A DNA stretch of 64,000 bases from an uncultured Chloroflexia bacterium. Lineage in GTDB: Bacteria; Chloroflexota; Limnocylindria; Limnocylindrales; CSP1-4. The stretch lies in the NCBI GenBank assembly GCA_963746845.1, contig CAVVCZ010000006.1:192001-256000 (forward strand), read 5' to 3'. Positions 1 to 9,672 of the stretch are shown in pieces. The number at the start of each line of letters is the position of its first letter. Position 1 is the stretch's first letter. The notes beneath the pieces are model-generated. The model was not told the DNA's origin, did no database searches, and saw nothing but the letters and a program-made list of their open reading frames with translations. Position numbers and translations under genes: made by a program.

Positions 1-765
1 CCGGTCCCACCACGAGATCCCGCACTCCTCGACCTCCATGACGGTCGCGAGGTGGCGAGCGAGGACATTCGCGACCTGGTGCGAGTCCAGGCTGCCGGCG
101 AGGTCCGCGCTGACGTCGAGGAGCAGCCGCAGCTCGCCGGCGAGGGCACTGCTGCGGGCGAGGTTGCGGGCCGACTCGAGCGCGGTCGCCGCCTGGTCGG
201 CGAGGATCGACAGCAGGCGGAGGTCGTGGGCGTCGAACTGGTGGAGGCCGAGCTTCGAGAGCGTGATCACCCCGACGACCGCGTCGTCGTAGCGCATCGG
301 GACGACGAGCATCGATTCGTCGACGTCGTCGGTGCCCGGGATCGACGCGCCACGCGGATCGAGGTTCGCGTCGTGAACCAGCAGCGGCTCGCCGTGCAGC
401 CCGACCCAGCCGGTGAAGCCGACGCCGAGCGTGGTCCGGAGCAGGTCGAGGTCCACCTCCGCGTAGGCACCGACGCGGCCCTCGAACGCGATCGGGACGA
501 GGTCGCCGCCCTCGAGGACGTACACCCGGGCGTTGTGGTAATCGATGATTCGGCCGGTCTCCTCGACGACGGCGCGGCCGACCGCCTCGCGGCCGTCGGC
601 GCGGCTCATCCGGGCCGAGGCGAGCTGGAGGACCTCGAGCTGGCGACCGAACAGCTCGGCGTTGGCGGCGGGGCGGGGCGAGCGGCTGGCCCGTTCGACC
701 GTGGGCGTCGATGGGTGGGCGGGCGCGCGCGAACGCCGATGGCGGATGGGCGGATGCGCGCTCAT
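1..765 (-). CDS. GAF-domain sensor protein (N-terminal part; runs off window start; likely diguanylate cyclase or kinase)
   Basis: Manual minus-strand translation from ATG 765: ...RVYVLEGGDLVPIAFEG...GVGFTGWVGLHGEPLLVHDANLDPRG...ESMLVVPMRYDDAVVGVITLSK...FDAHDLRLLSILADQAATAL, then the start of a second GAF domain. Output domain is outside the window. Confidence 0.8.
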   Translation of the reverse strand, partial: MSAHPPIRHRRSRAPAHPSTPTVERASRSPRPAANAELFGRQLEVLQLASARMSRADGREAVGRAVVEETGRIIDYHNARVYVLEGGDLVPIAFEGRVGAYAEVDLDLLRTTLGVGFTGWVGLHGEPLLVHDANLDPRGASIPGTDDVDESMLVVPMRYDDAVVGVITLSKLGLHQFDAHDLRLLSILADQAATALESARNLARSSALAGELRLLLDVSADLAGSLDSHQVANVLARHLATVMEVEECGISWWDR

Positions 766-880
766 GACCGGACGGTCCCACGTCCGCGGCGTCGCTCCTG
801 CCGACCCGTGGTACCGACCCGCTCGGTCGAACGTACCGACGCCCCGTCGGTGGAGGACGGTCGGGGGCGGAACGGCCGGG

Positions 881-2344
881 TCAGGTGCCCGCGGGGACTC
901 CCTCGTCACGCGCGGCCCGCGCCGGCGGCGTGCGTTGGGGATGCTCGCCGCGGACGACGGGATGACCCTGGGCCCGCCAGGCGGGCACGCCCGAGGCGAC
1001 CCACGACACGTCCTCGAACCCGGACGAGCGGAGGATCGAGGCGGCAACGCCGGCCCGGAGACCGGCCGCGCAGATCGTCACGATCGGATGGTCGCGCGGC
1101 AGCTCGTCGAGCCGGTCCGGCAGCGAGCCCGCCGTGATGTGGATGCTGCCGGGCACGTGGTAGGCCTCGTACTCGTTCGCCTGGCGGACGTCGATGACGA
1201 GCGGTGCGTCACCCGGCTCGGAGCGCTCCAGGCGGGCGGCGAGCTCGTCCACGTTCAACCGACCGGTGGATTCGAGCGGGCCGCCGCCCTCCGCCCAGGT
1301 GCCGAAGCCGCCGCGGAGATGCCCGACGATCGCCCCTTCGGCACCGATCCGGAGCGCCTGGCGGATCGCCTCGTCCCAGTCCTCGGGGCGCTGGAGGACG
1401 AGGACGAGCGGCCACGCCGGATCGACGACCCAGCCGAGCCACGTCCCGAACGACGGGCCGAGCGGCACCGACTGCGATCCGACCGCGTGGGCGACGGCGT
1501 GGTCGGCCGGCGGCCGGAGGTCGAGGAGCAGGGCCCCGGCCGCGAGCTCGCGCCGCGTCTCCTCCAGGCTGAGCGGCCGCGCCTCCGGGATCCGCCCGCC
1601 GAGGAGCGACGGGCCGGCCTGGTTCGTCGGGCGCATCCGGGCGAAGTAGCGCGGGACGGCGGGCTGGCCGCGCAGCAGCCGCTTCGCGAACGTCTCCACG
1701 TCCTCGATCCGGACGAGCGCGTTGTGGCGTCGCTCGTAGCCGATCGTCGTCGTCGGGGTGGACGCGATGCCGGTCGCGCAGAGCGAGCCTGCGCCGTGGG
1801 TCGGATGGACGACCACATGGTCGTCGTGGCGCATGACGACGTCGCGCAGGCTCGCGTGCATCGAGACGGCGTAGTCGTGCGCGTGCTCCTGGCCGAGGAG
1901 GTCCGTCCGTCCGACCGCGCCGACGAGCAGCGAGCCGCCACTGAACAACAGCGCGGGGTCCTCGCCGCGGCCGATGTCCGCGACCGAGTAAGCGACGTGC
2001 TCTGGCGTGTGACCGGGCGTGTCCCGCGTCGTGAAGCGCAGCGCGCCGACGTCGAACGTCTCGCCGTCGCGCGACGGAGCGTGCTCGTGGCGGAGCTCCG
2101 CGCCGGCGCCGATGACGTGCCGCGCCCCGGTCAGGGCCGCGAGGTCGCGCCCGCCCGAGACGTAGTCGTTGTGCAGGTGGGTCTCGACGACATGCGTGAT
2201 CCGGACGTCGAGCTCACGCGCTGCCGCGAGGTAGATGTCCACGTCCCGCCGAGGGTCGACGACCGCGGCAACCCCGGCGACGTCGTCCGCGACCAGGGTC
2301 GACAGATGGCCGAGCCCCTCGATCCGAAACTGGCGGATCTGCAT
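881..2344 (-). CDS. MBL-fold metallo-hydrolase with tandem rhodanese domains (persulfide dioxygenase/sulfurtransferase-like)
   Basis: ETHLHNDY metal motif, PGHTPEH, HPTHGAGSLC, C-terminal rhodanese IDVRQANEY...ICAAGLRA. Confidence 0.88.
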   Translation of the reverse strand: MQIRQFRIEGLGHLSTLVADDVAGVAAVVDPRRDVDIYLAAARELDVRITHVVETHLHNDYVSGGRDLAALTGARHVIGAGAELRHEHAPSRDGETFDVGALRFTTRDTPGHTPEHVAYSVADIGRGEDPALLFSGGSLLVGAVGRTDLLGQEHAHDYAVSMHASLRDVVMRHDDHVVVHPTHGAGSLCATGIASTPTTTIGYERRHNALVRIEDVETFAKRLLRGQPAVPRYFARMRPTNQAGPSLLGGRIPEARPLSLEETRRELAAGALLLDLRPPADHAVAHAVGSQSVPLGPSFGTWLGWVVDPAWPLVLVLQRPEDWDEAIRQALRIGAEGAIVGHLRGGFGTWAEGGGPLESTGRLNVDELAARLERSEPGDAPLVIDVRQANEYEAYHVPGSIHITAGSLPDRLDELPRDHPIVTICAAGLRAGVAASILRSSGFEDVSWVASGVPAWRAQGHPVVRGEHPQRTPPARAARDEGVPAGT

Positions 2345-2347
2345 GGG

Positions 2348-3097
2348 CTACATCATCACGAGGCCGCCGTCGACGGCCAGCACCTGACCCGTGATGAACG
2401 CCGCTTCGTCGCTCGCGAGGAACGCGACGGCCGAGGCGATCTCCTCGGTCGTCCCGAACCGGCCGAGCGGCGTTCGCGACGTGATCTCGGCCTGGAGCGC
2501 CTCGGGCAGGTCCGCCGTGAGCTCGGTCAGGACGAAGCCGGGCGCGACGGCGTTGCAGGTGATCGAGCGCGAGGCCAGCTCCCGAGCCGTCGCCTTCGTG
2601 AGCCCGATCAGACCGGCCTTGGCCGATGAGTAGTTCGCCTGGCCCATCTGGCCGGCCTGGCCGCTGACGGAGGTGATGTTCACGATCCGGCCGCTCCGCG
2701 CCTTGAGCATCGGCCGCGTCACGGCCTTCGTCATGTAGAACGCGCCGAACAGGTTTGTTTCGAGGACCTCGCGGAACGCCTCGACCGACATCCGCATGAT
2801 CAGGTCGTCGCGGGTGATCCCGGCGTTGTTCACGAGGATGTCGACCTTGCCGAACGTGTCGACGACCTGCTTCACGACCCCCTCGGCCGCATCGGGATCC
2901 GTCGCGTTCGCCTGGATCGCCAGCGCCTGCCGGCCGAGCGCCGTGAGCTCGGCGGTACACGACGCGGCCGCTTCCTCGTTCCCGCGGTAGGTGAACGCAA
3001 CATCGGCGCCCTGGGTCGCGAGTCTGTTGGCGATCGCCCGGCCGATGCCTCGAGAGCCACCGGTGACGAGCGCGGTCTTTCCCGTCAGGTCGATCAC
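2348..3097 (-). CDS. fabG: 3-oxoacyl-ACP reductase
   Basis: TGGSRGIG, NNAGITRD, YSSAKAG motifs; GTG start overlaps the fabH stop. Confidence 0.95.
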   Translation of the reverse strand: MIDLTGKTALVTGGSRGIGRAIANRLATQGADVAFTYRGNEEAAASCTAELTALGRQALAIQANATDPDAAEGVVKQVVDTFGKVDILVNNAGITRDDLIMRMSVEAFREVLETNLFGAFYMTKAVTRPMLKARSGRIVNITSVSGQAGQMGQANYSSAKAGLIGLTKATARELASRSITCNAVAPGFVLTELTADLPEALQAEITSRTPLGRFGTTEEIASAVAFLASDEAAFITGQVLAVDGGLVMM

Positions 3098-4308
3098 GCG
3101 TGCACCTCTGTGGACGGGTGGGCCCGCTCCGGCTCGCCGGGCGCGACGTCGTCCAGCGGGACATCCAGCGATCCTGGCTGCCGCATCACCGCGGCGAGGG
3201 CGTCCGGGATCGGGTCGACGGAGTCCCAGTCGACCGGGAGCCGCACGGACACGTCCTCCGGCCGGACCGCCTCGTCCGCCGTGCGGCCGCGCGCCGGGTC
3301 CGCGGTCCACTTGATCGTCACCGCGCCGCTCGTGAAACCGGCTCCGAACGCCACGATCGTCACGTTGTCACCGACCTTCACGCAGCCCTCGTTGACCGCC
3401 TCGGCGAGGGCGATCGGCACGGACGCGGCCGACGTGTTCCCGTACCGATCGAGGTTGATGAACATCTTGTCCATCGGCAGGTCGAGGCCCTTCGCGACCG
3501 CCTCGATGATCCGGATGTTCGCCTGGTGGGGGATGAACAGGTCGACGTCCGCCGGCTCCAGCCCGGATCGGCGGATCGACTCGAGCGCGGTCGTCGCCAT
3601 CGTCTTCGTGGCGAACCGGTAGGTCTGGTTGCCCTCCATCCGGACGTAGTGCTCGCCCCGCCGGATCGTCTCCGCGGACGGCGGCGCCTTCGACCCGCCG
3701 GCCGGCAGCCAGATCATGTAGGCGCCCTGCGGCTCGGTCGTCATCTCGATCCCGAGCGCGCCGCCCGGCTCGTCGCTCGCGCTCAGCACCACCGCGCCGG
3801 CCCCGTCGCCGAACAGGATGCAGGTGCTCCGGTCCGTGTAATCGAGGAACCGGGTGAGGAGCTCCGAGCCGATGACGAGGACGTGCTTCGCAAGGCCCGC
3901 CTGGATGTACGCCTGGGCGGTCGCGAAGCCGTAGACGAAGCCGGAGCAGGCGGCCATGACGTCGAACGCGGTCGCGCGGGTGTTGCCGATCGCCTCCTTG
4001 ACGAGCGCCGCGGTCGACGGCATCCAGTAGTCCGGCGTCAGGGTGGCGAGGAGGATCAGGTCGATGTCGTCCGGCTGGATCCCGGCGGTGTGGATCGCCC
4101 GCAGCCCGGCGACCGCGCCCATCGACGCCGTCGTCTCGTTCGCGGCGGCGACCCGGCGCTCGCGAATCCCGGTCCGCGTCCGGATCCACTCGTCGGAGGT
4201 GTCGACCATCTTCTCCAGGTCGGCGTTCGTCAGGACCTGGGCGGGGGCGTAGCGGCCCCAGCCGGTCACGTGGGCGCGTCGGGTGGCGGGAGCCGTGGCG
4301 TCGTTCAC
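3094..4308 (-). CDS. fabH: beta-ketoacyl-ACP synthase III with C-terminal extension
   Basis: DTSDEWIRTRTGI, AACSGF, HQANIRII, GNTSAAS. Confidence 0.95.
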   Translation of the reverse strand: MNDATAPATRRAHVTGWGRYAPAQVLTNADLEKMVDTSDEWIRTRTGIRERRVAAANETTASMGAVAGLRAIHTAGIQPDDIDLILLATLTPDYWMPSTAALVKEAIGNTRATAFDVMAACSGFVYGFATAQAYIQAGLAKHVLVIGSELLTRFLDYTDRSTCILFGDGAGAVVLSASDEPGGALGIEMTTEPQGAYMIWLPAGGSKAPPSAETIRRGEHYVRMEGNQTYRFATKTMATTALESIRRSGLEPADVDLFIPHQANIRIIEAVAKGLDLPMDKMFINLDRYGNTSAASVPIALAEAVNEGCVKVGDNVTIVAFGAGFTSGAVTIKWTADPARGRTADEAVRPEDVSVRLPVDWDSVDPIPDALAAVMRQPGSLDVPLDDVAPGEPERAHPSTEVHA

Positions 4309-4907
4309 AGGGGTTCCACCTCGATCAGCGGCTGCTTCGCCTTGACCAGGGCACCGTTCTCCGGCACGACCTTGACGACCCTCCCCGCGAGGTCGGACTT
4401 GATCTCGTTGAACAGCTTCATCGCCTCGATCAGGCCGATGACCTGGCCGACGGCGACCTCGCGGCCGACGGCGACGAACGCTGCGGAGCCCGGCGCCGGC
4501 GAGCCGTACCAGACGCCGGTCAGCGGCGCCTTCACGGACGGGCGGCTCGGAGGCTCGGTCGGGGCGGCTGACGACGACCCGTCGTCGGGCGCGGGGGCCG
4601 GTGACGTGCCTGCGGCTGGTGCCGCGCCCGCGCCCGTCGCGGCGGCCGGAGCCGCGGCGACCGCGACCGCCTTGCGCAGGACGAGCCGCGTGCCGCCGGC
4701 CTCGACGGCGAGCTCCGAGAGGTCGCTCCGGTCGAGGAGCGCCCCGAGCCGGTCGACGAGCGCCAGCAGGGAGGCGTCACCCGGATCCTGGGGCACGACG
4801 GCGACGTCCGCATCGGGCTCCGGCGGATCCGGCGGATCGGCGTCCGGGAGCGAGTCCGCGAGCGTATCCGCGCCGCCGGCCGCGAGGGCCTCCGGCTCGC
4901 CCGTCAT
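4305..4907 (-). CDS. accB: acetyl-CoA carboxylase biotin carboxyl carrier protein (start may be 4928)
   Basis: IEAMKLFNEIKSD biotinylation motif, Ala/Pro linker. Confidence 0.9.
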   Translation of the reverse strand: MTGEPEALAAGGADTLADSLPDADPPDPPEPDADVAVVPQDPGDASLLALVDRLGALLDRSDLSELAVEAGGTRLVLRKAVAVAAAPAAATGAGAAPAAGTSPAPAPDDGSSSAAPTEPPSRPSVKAPLTGVWYGSPAPGSAAFVAVGREVAVGQVIGLIEAMKLFNEIKSDLAGRVVKVVPENGALVKAKQPLIEVEPL

Positions 4908-4915
4908 GCCGTCCG

Positions 4916-6199
4916 TCAGTCCGTCCATCGGCGGAAGATCAGCGCGGTGTTCTGGCCGCCGAACCCGAACGAGTTCGACAGGGCGATCGGGATGTCGTGA
5001 CGGCTCGCCACGTTCGGGGTCAGGTCCAGCCCCTCTCCCTCGGGGTCGACGTCGTGGAGGTTGACCGTCGGCGGGACGCAGCCCTCGCGCATCGTCTGGA
5101 TCGTGATGATCGCCTCGATCGCTCCTGCCGCGCCGAGCGTGTGCCCGATCATCGACTTGTTCGCGGTGATCGAGATCTCGCGCGCGTGCTCGCCGAAGAT
5201 CGTCTTGATCGCCTGCAGCTCGGCCTTGTCGCCCTCGGGCGTCGACGTCGCGTGGGCGTTGACGTGGGCGATGTCTCCCGGCTCGAGGCCGGCCTTCTCG
5301 AGCGCCCGCCGGGCCGCCCGGACCGCGCCGATCCCGCCGGGTGCCGGCAGCGTGATGTGCGACGCGTCCGCCGTCGCGCCGTAGCCGACGACCTCGGCCA
5401 GGATCTCGACGCCGCGGGCGCGGGCGTGGTCGAGCTCCTCGAGGATGAGGACGCCGCAGCCCTCACCGGGGACGAAGCCGTCGCGACCCTGGTCGAACGG
5501 CCGCGAGGCCCCCTCCGGGTCGTCGTTCCGGCGGGACAGCGCCCGCATGGAATCGAAGCCGCCCATCAGCGGCTCGAAGACGCCGGCCTCCGAGCCGCCG
5601 GCCAGCATCGTGTCGGCGTCGTTGCGGCGGATCGTCTCGAACGCCTCGCCGATCGCGTGGCCGCCGGTGGCGCACGCGGAGACAGTCGTGAAGTTCGGCC
5701 CGGTCATCCCGTAGTTGATCGCGATCTGCCCGGCCCCGATGTTCGGGATCCCCATCGGGATCAGGAACGGGCTGATCCGATCCGGCCCCCGCAGGGCGTT
5801 CGTCGTGATCCCCTCGACGAGCGTCCCGACCCCGCCGAGACCCGTCCCGAGGATCACCCCGGTCCGTTCGGCCTCGTCGCCCTCCATCCGCTCCGGCAGC
5901 GCGGCCTGGTCCATCGCCTGTCGCGCGGCGACGAGCCCGAACTGGATGTAGCGGTCGGTCCGCCGGATGTCCTTCCGGTCCATGACGCCCGACGCATCGA
6001 AGTCCTTGACCTCGCCGACGACCTGGGCCTTGAGGCGCGACGGGTCGAAGGCTGCGACCCGGGCGATCCCCGAGCGGCCGGCCACCATCCCCTGCCACGT
6101 GGACGCGACATCGTTGCCGAGCGCGGTGAGCATCCCGGTGCCGGTCACGACGACCCGGCGAGGGGTCGCCGGCCAGGCGCCGTTCGAGCGCGCGGTCAC
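4916..6199 (-). CDS. fabF: beta-ketoacyl-ACP synthase II
   Basis: RRVVVTG, SACATGGHAIG, NAHATST, SNSFGFGGQN; GTG start at 6199. Confidence 0.95.
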   Translation of the reverse strand: MTARSNGAWPATPRRVVVTGTGMLTALGNDVASTWQGMVAGRSGIARVAAFDPSRLKAQVVGEVKDFDASGVMDRKDIRRTDRYIQFGLVAARQAMDQAALPERMEGDEAERTGVILGTGLGGVGTLVEGITTNALRGPDRISPFLIPMGIPNIGAGQIAINYGMTGPNFTTVSACATGGHAIGEAFETIRRNDADTMLAGGSEAGVFEPLMGGFDSMRALSRRNDDPEGASRPFDQGRDGFVPGEGCGVLILEELDHARARGVEILAEVVGYGATADASHITLPAPGGIGAVRAARRALEKAGLEPGDIAHVNAHATSTPEGDKAELQAIKTIFGEHAREISITANKSMIGHTLGAAGAIEAIITIQTMREGCVPPTVNLHDVDPEGEGLDLTPNVASRHDIPIALSNSFGFGGQNTALIFRRWTD

Positions 6200-6942
6200 C
6201 GGACGAGCTTCCCGGTGCGGACGGTGGCCGCGCGGTACACGTCGCCGGCCAGCCCGCGGGCCGAGATCGCGTTCGAGACGGCCATCGTGTCGAATTCGGC
6301 GCGCCGGATCTCGGCGGTCACCTCGCGCCCGTCGATCTCGACCAGCGCCCATGAGGCGGTCGGGTCGCCGTCGAAGACGAGCCCGGCAGACCCGTCGTTG
6401 ACGATCAGCTTCCAGCCGAGGTCGCGGATCTCCGGGAGATGGGTGTGGCCGCAGCAGATCACCCGGGCGTCCGTCCGCGAGACGCGCTCGAGGACGACCG
6501 ACGGGTCGAGCTGGGTGTCGAACCCCTGGGTCTGCGAGCCGGGCGAGGCGTGACAGGCCAGGACCATCGTGTCGTCGAGGACCAGGCGGCGCTCGGACGG
6601 CAGGCGGCGCAGCCAGCCGATCCGCTCGTCACCGAGCGTGTCGTGGGCCCACTCGGCGGCCTCGCGGAAGGCATCCGGGACGCCGTCGGTCATCCACGGG
6701 AAGGCAGCCGAATAGTCGAAGTCGGCGACCGCCACGTCCGTGTTGCCCTGGACGATCGTCGCACCGGTCGCCTCCATCTCCCGGAGAGCGTCGACGACGC
6801 CCGCCGGATCCGGGCCCTGGAAGACGTGATCGCCGGCGATGACGACCGCGTCGGGTCGTTCCTTCTTCAGCGCGGCCCGGACGGCGGTCAGCGCCTCGAG
6901 GTTGCCGTGGACGTCCGAGAGGACCGCCAGGCGCGCGGTCAT
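6196..6942 (-). CDS. calcineurin-like metallophosphoesterase (YfcE/MJ0936-like)
   Basis: SDVHGN, GDHV, QGNTD, CHAS, CGHTH, NDGSAG motifs. Confidence 0.88.
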   Translation of the reverse strand: MTARLAVLSDVHGNLEALTAVRAALKKERPDAVVIAGDHVFQGPDPAGVVDALREMEATGATIVQGNTDVAVADFDYSAAFPWMTDGVPDAFREAAEWAHDTLGDERIGWLRRLPSERRLVLDDTMVLACHASPGSQTQGFDTQLDPSVVLERVSRTDARVICCGHTHLPEIRDLGWKLIVNDGSAGLVFDGDPTASWALVEIDGREVTAEIRRAEFDTMAVSNAISARGLAGDVYRAATVRTGKLVR

Positions 6943-7457
6943 CGCAGCGCGCCTTCCGGCGGGATGATGAAGCTGAGCGTCGCCTCGCAGGCCGTCTCGC
7001 CGTCGACGCTCGCGACCGCCCGGCCCTTGCCGAACCGCGAGCCGAGCTTGTCCATCGTGACCTCGAGCCGGAGCACGTCGCCCGGCACGACGATCCGCTT
7101 GAAGCGGCACTCCTCGATCGCCGCGAACAGCCCGATCCGCGTCCCGAACCCCGGCTGCTGCGCGACGTAGACCGCCATCGTCTGGGCCAGCGCCTCGACC
7201 TGGAGGACGCCCGGCATCACCGGCATCCCTGGGAAGTGGCCCTGGAAGAACCACTCGGTCGCCGACACGCCCTTGATCCCGACGATCCGCTTCGCGTCCG
7301 GGTCGTACTCGACGATCCGGTCGACCATCAGGAACGGCCAGCGATGCGGGATGAGCGCCTGGATCTGGCTCGTCGTGAGGATGGTCCCGGGTGGGCCGGG
7401 CAGGCCGTCGGGCGGCGCGGACGAGGCGTCCGCGGGCGGCGTGGCGGTGTCGGTCAC
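6939..7457 (-). CDS. fabZ: 3-hydroxyacyl-ACP dehydratase
   Basis: IPHRWPFLMVDRI, FFQGHFPGMPVMPGVLQVEALAQ. Confidence 0.95.
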   Translation of the reverse strand: MTDTATPPADASSAPPDGLPGPPGTILTTSQIQALIPHRWPFLMVDRIVEYDPDAKRIVGIKGVSATEWFFQGHFPGMPVMPGVLQVEALAQTMAVYVAQQPGFGTRIGLFAAIEECRFKRIVVPGDVLRLEVTMDKLGSRFGKGRAVASVDGETACEATLSFIIPPEGALR

Positions 7458-7562
7458 AAGTCTCTCCGTGCGATGTGGGTCAGTCTCGCCGCCCCGGGGC
7501 CCGTCGTGCGCGCCGTCGTGTGCAGGGACGCACGAGCGCGAGGCCGGCCTCGGGTCGGTGGG

Positions 7563-8933
7563 TCACGACCGGGCCGCGGCCGCGAGGAACGCGGACGACC
7601 CGACCCGGTCGAGAAGGTTCGTCGTCATCCGGCCATCCAGGAAGGCCTCGCTCGAGAGGATCGCCTGGTGGATCGGGACGTTCGTCACGAGGCCCTCGAT
7701 GATCAGCTCGTTCAGGGCGACGCGGCCCCGCTCGATGGCCGCCTGGCGGTCCGCGCCCCACACGATGAGCTTGCCCAGGAGCGAATCGTAGAACGGCGGG
7801 ACCTCGTACCCGGCGAACAGGTGGGAGTCCATCCGGACGCCCGGCCCGCCCGGGGCGAGGTAGCGGTCCACGACGCCCGCCGCAGGCCGGAACTCGCGTT
7901 CGGGGTCCTCGGCGTTGATCCGGAACTCGATCGCGTGGCCGCGGACGATGACGTCGGCCTGGCTGAAGCCGAGCGGCTCCCCGGCGGCGATCCGGATCTG
8001 GGTCGCGACCAGGTCGATGCCGGTCAGCATCTCGGTCACCGGATGCTCGACCTGGATCCGGGAGTTGATCTCGATGAAGTAGAAGTTGCCGTCCCGATCG
8101 ACCAGGAACTCGAGCGTCCCGACGTTCTCGTAGCCGGCCGTCACGACCGCCCGGATCGCCTGGGTGCACAGGTCGTTCCGGGCCTCCGGGCCGAGGGCCG
8201 GGGTGGGGCCCTCCTCGAGGATCTTCTGATGGCGGCGCTGGACGCTGCAGTCGCGCTCGCCGAGATGGACTCCACGCCCGTACCGGTCGACCGCGACCTG
8301 GACCTCGACATGGCGGGTCTCGTCGAGCCACCGCTCCAGGTACAGCGAGTCGTCGCCGAATGCGGCGCGCGCCTCGGACCGGCAGACATTGAGCGACGCC
8401 TCGAGCTCGCGCGGCGTGCGGACCATCCGCATGCCCTTGCCACCGCCGCCGGCCGCGGGCTTGATGAGGACCGGATAGCCGATCCGCTCGCCCTCCTCGA
8501 GCGCGTGGGCATCGTCACGGAGGATCCCGTTGGAGCCCGGGATCGTCGGCAGGCCGAGCGAGCCGAGCAGCCGGCGGGTCAATTCCTTGTTCGAGAACCG
8601 CTCGAGGACGTTGGCCGGCGGGCCGACGAAGGTCAGGTCGTGGGCCCGGACGACCTCGGCGAAGCCCTCGTCCTCGGACAGGAAGCCGTAGCCCGGATGG
8701 ATCCCGTCGCAGCCCGTGACGATCGCCGCGCTGATCACCGCGGGTGCCGAGAGATACGACCGGCGGGCATCCGCGGGGCCGATGCAGATCGCCTCGTCGG
8801 CCAGCTGGACCGGGAGCGACTCGCGATCCGCCTCGCTGTAGGCGACGACCGCCTCGATCCCGAGGGTCCGGCAGGCGCGCAGGACGCGGAGGGCGATCTC
8901 GCCGCGGTTCGCGATCAGGATCTTGCGGAACAT
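7563..8933 (-). CDS. accC: acetyl-CoA carboxylase biotin carboxylase subunit
   Basis: KILIANRGEIA, HPGYGFLSE, GGGGKGMR, ERDCSVQRRHQK, RIQVEHPVTE. Confidence 0.96.
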   Translation of the reverse strand: MFRKILIANRGEIALRVLRACRTLGIEAVVAYSEADRESLPVQLADEAICIGPADARRSYLSAPAVISAAIVTGCDGIHPGYGFLSEDEGFAEVVRAHDLTFVGPPANVLERFSNKELTRRLLGSLGLPTIPGSNGILRDDAHALEEGERIGYPVLIKPAAGGGGKGMRMVRTPRELEASLNVCRSEARAAFGDDSLYLERWLDETRHVEVQVAVDRYGRGVHLGERDCSVQRRHQKILEEGPTPALGPEARNDLCTQAIRAVVTAGYENVGTLEFLVDRDGNFYFIEINSRIQVEHPVTEMLTGIDLVATQIRIAAGEPLGFSQADVIVRGHAIEFRINAEDPEREFRPAAGVVDRYLAPGGPGVRMDSHLFAGYEVPPFYDSLLGKLIVWGADRQAAIERGRVALNELIIEGLVTNVPIHQAILSSEAFLDGRMTTNLLDRVGSSAFLAAAARS

Positions 8934-9667
8934 CAGGCCTCGCTCCGCTCGGCGGTCCGGCTCGCGTCCGCCGTCCGGGCGGTCAGCTCGATGACGACCA
9001 GCTCCTGGCCGTACTCGACCGCCTGGCCCGGCTCGACGAGCGTCGCCCCGACGATCCCGTCCGCCGGCGCGACGACCTCCTGGGCGATACCGAGCATGTC
9101 GACGGCGCCGAGCCGGTCTCCGGATCGGACGCGGGTGCCGGCCCGGGCCTCGGGACGCGGCTGGAAGACCCCGACCGCGGGCGAGGTCGCGATCGAGCGA
9201 TGTCCGTCGACGCCGTCGCCGGAGGCGCGACCCGTGGCGGACGCGGCCACCCCTCCGCCCGGCCCGCTGCCGTTGGTCGAGCCCGCGGCGACCGCCGCGG
9301 CAGCGCCGACCGGCCGGCTCTCGCGCCCGGTCCGGTGGCCCTCGAAGCCGCCCGGCGCGTGCCCGTGACCGGCGTGACCCGGGTGGGCCCGTGAGGCGCG
9401 GTCGGTGGTCCGGCGGTTGTGACCGGCGGCCCCGCCGGCCGGACGTCGCACGCGGATCGTCCAGTCGCCCTCGCCGACCTCGATCTCGCCCAGCCCGGTC
9501 GCGGCGAGCTTGGCGATCAGCGCGGGCACCAGGTCGTCGGCCAGCCGGTCGATCGCGGCGTGGTCGGCGAGACGGTCCGTGTCCGTGCGATCGGTCCGCG
9601 GGGTCGGGGTGGCCGCCGCCGGCTTCGCGGCAGATCGTGATCCGGTGGTGCGGCGTTCAGCAGTCAA
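8933..9667 (-). CDS. biotin/lipoyl-domain BCCP-like protein lacking the biotinylated lysine (BADC-like)
   Basis: BCCP architecture (LGEIEVGEG N-domain, linker, SPAVGVF...GDRLGAVDMLGIAQEVVAPADG...GQAVEYGQEL), but the EAMK motif is replaced by DMLG. Confidence 0.8.
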   Translation of the reverse strand: MTAERRTTGSRSAAKPAAATPTPRTDRTDTDRLADHAAIDRLADDLVPALIAKLAATGLGEIEVGEGDWTIRVRRPAGGAAGHNRRTTDRASRAHPGHAGHGHAPGGFEGHRTGRESRPVGAAAAVAAGSTNGSGPGGGVAASATGRASGDGVDGHRSIATSPAVGVFQPRPEARAGTRVRSGDRLGAVDMLGIAQEVVAPADGIVGATLVEPGQAVEYGQELVVIELTARTADASRTAERSEA

Positions 9668-9672
9668 GCGGT

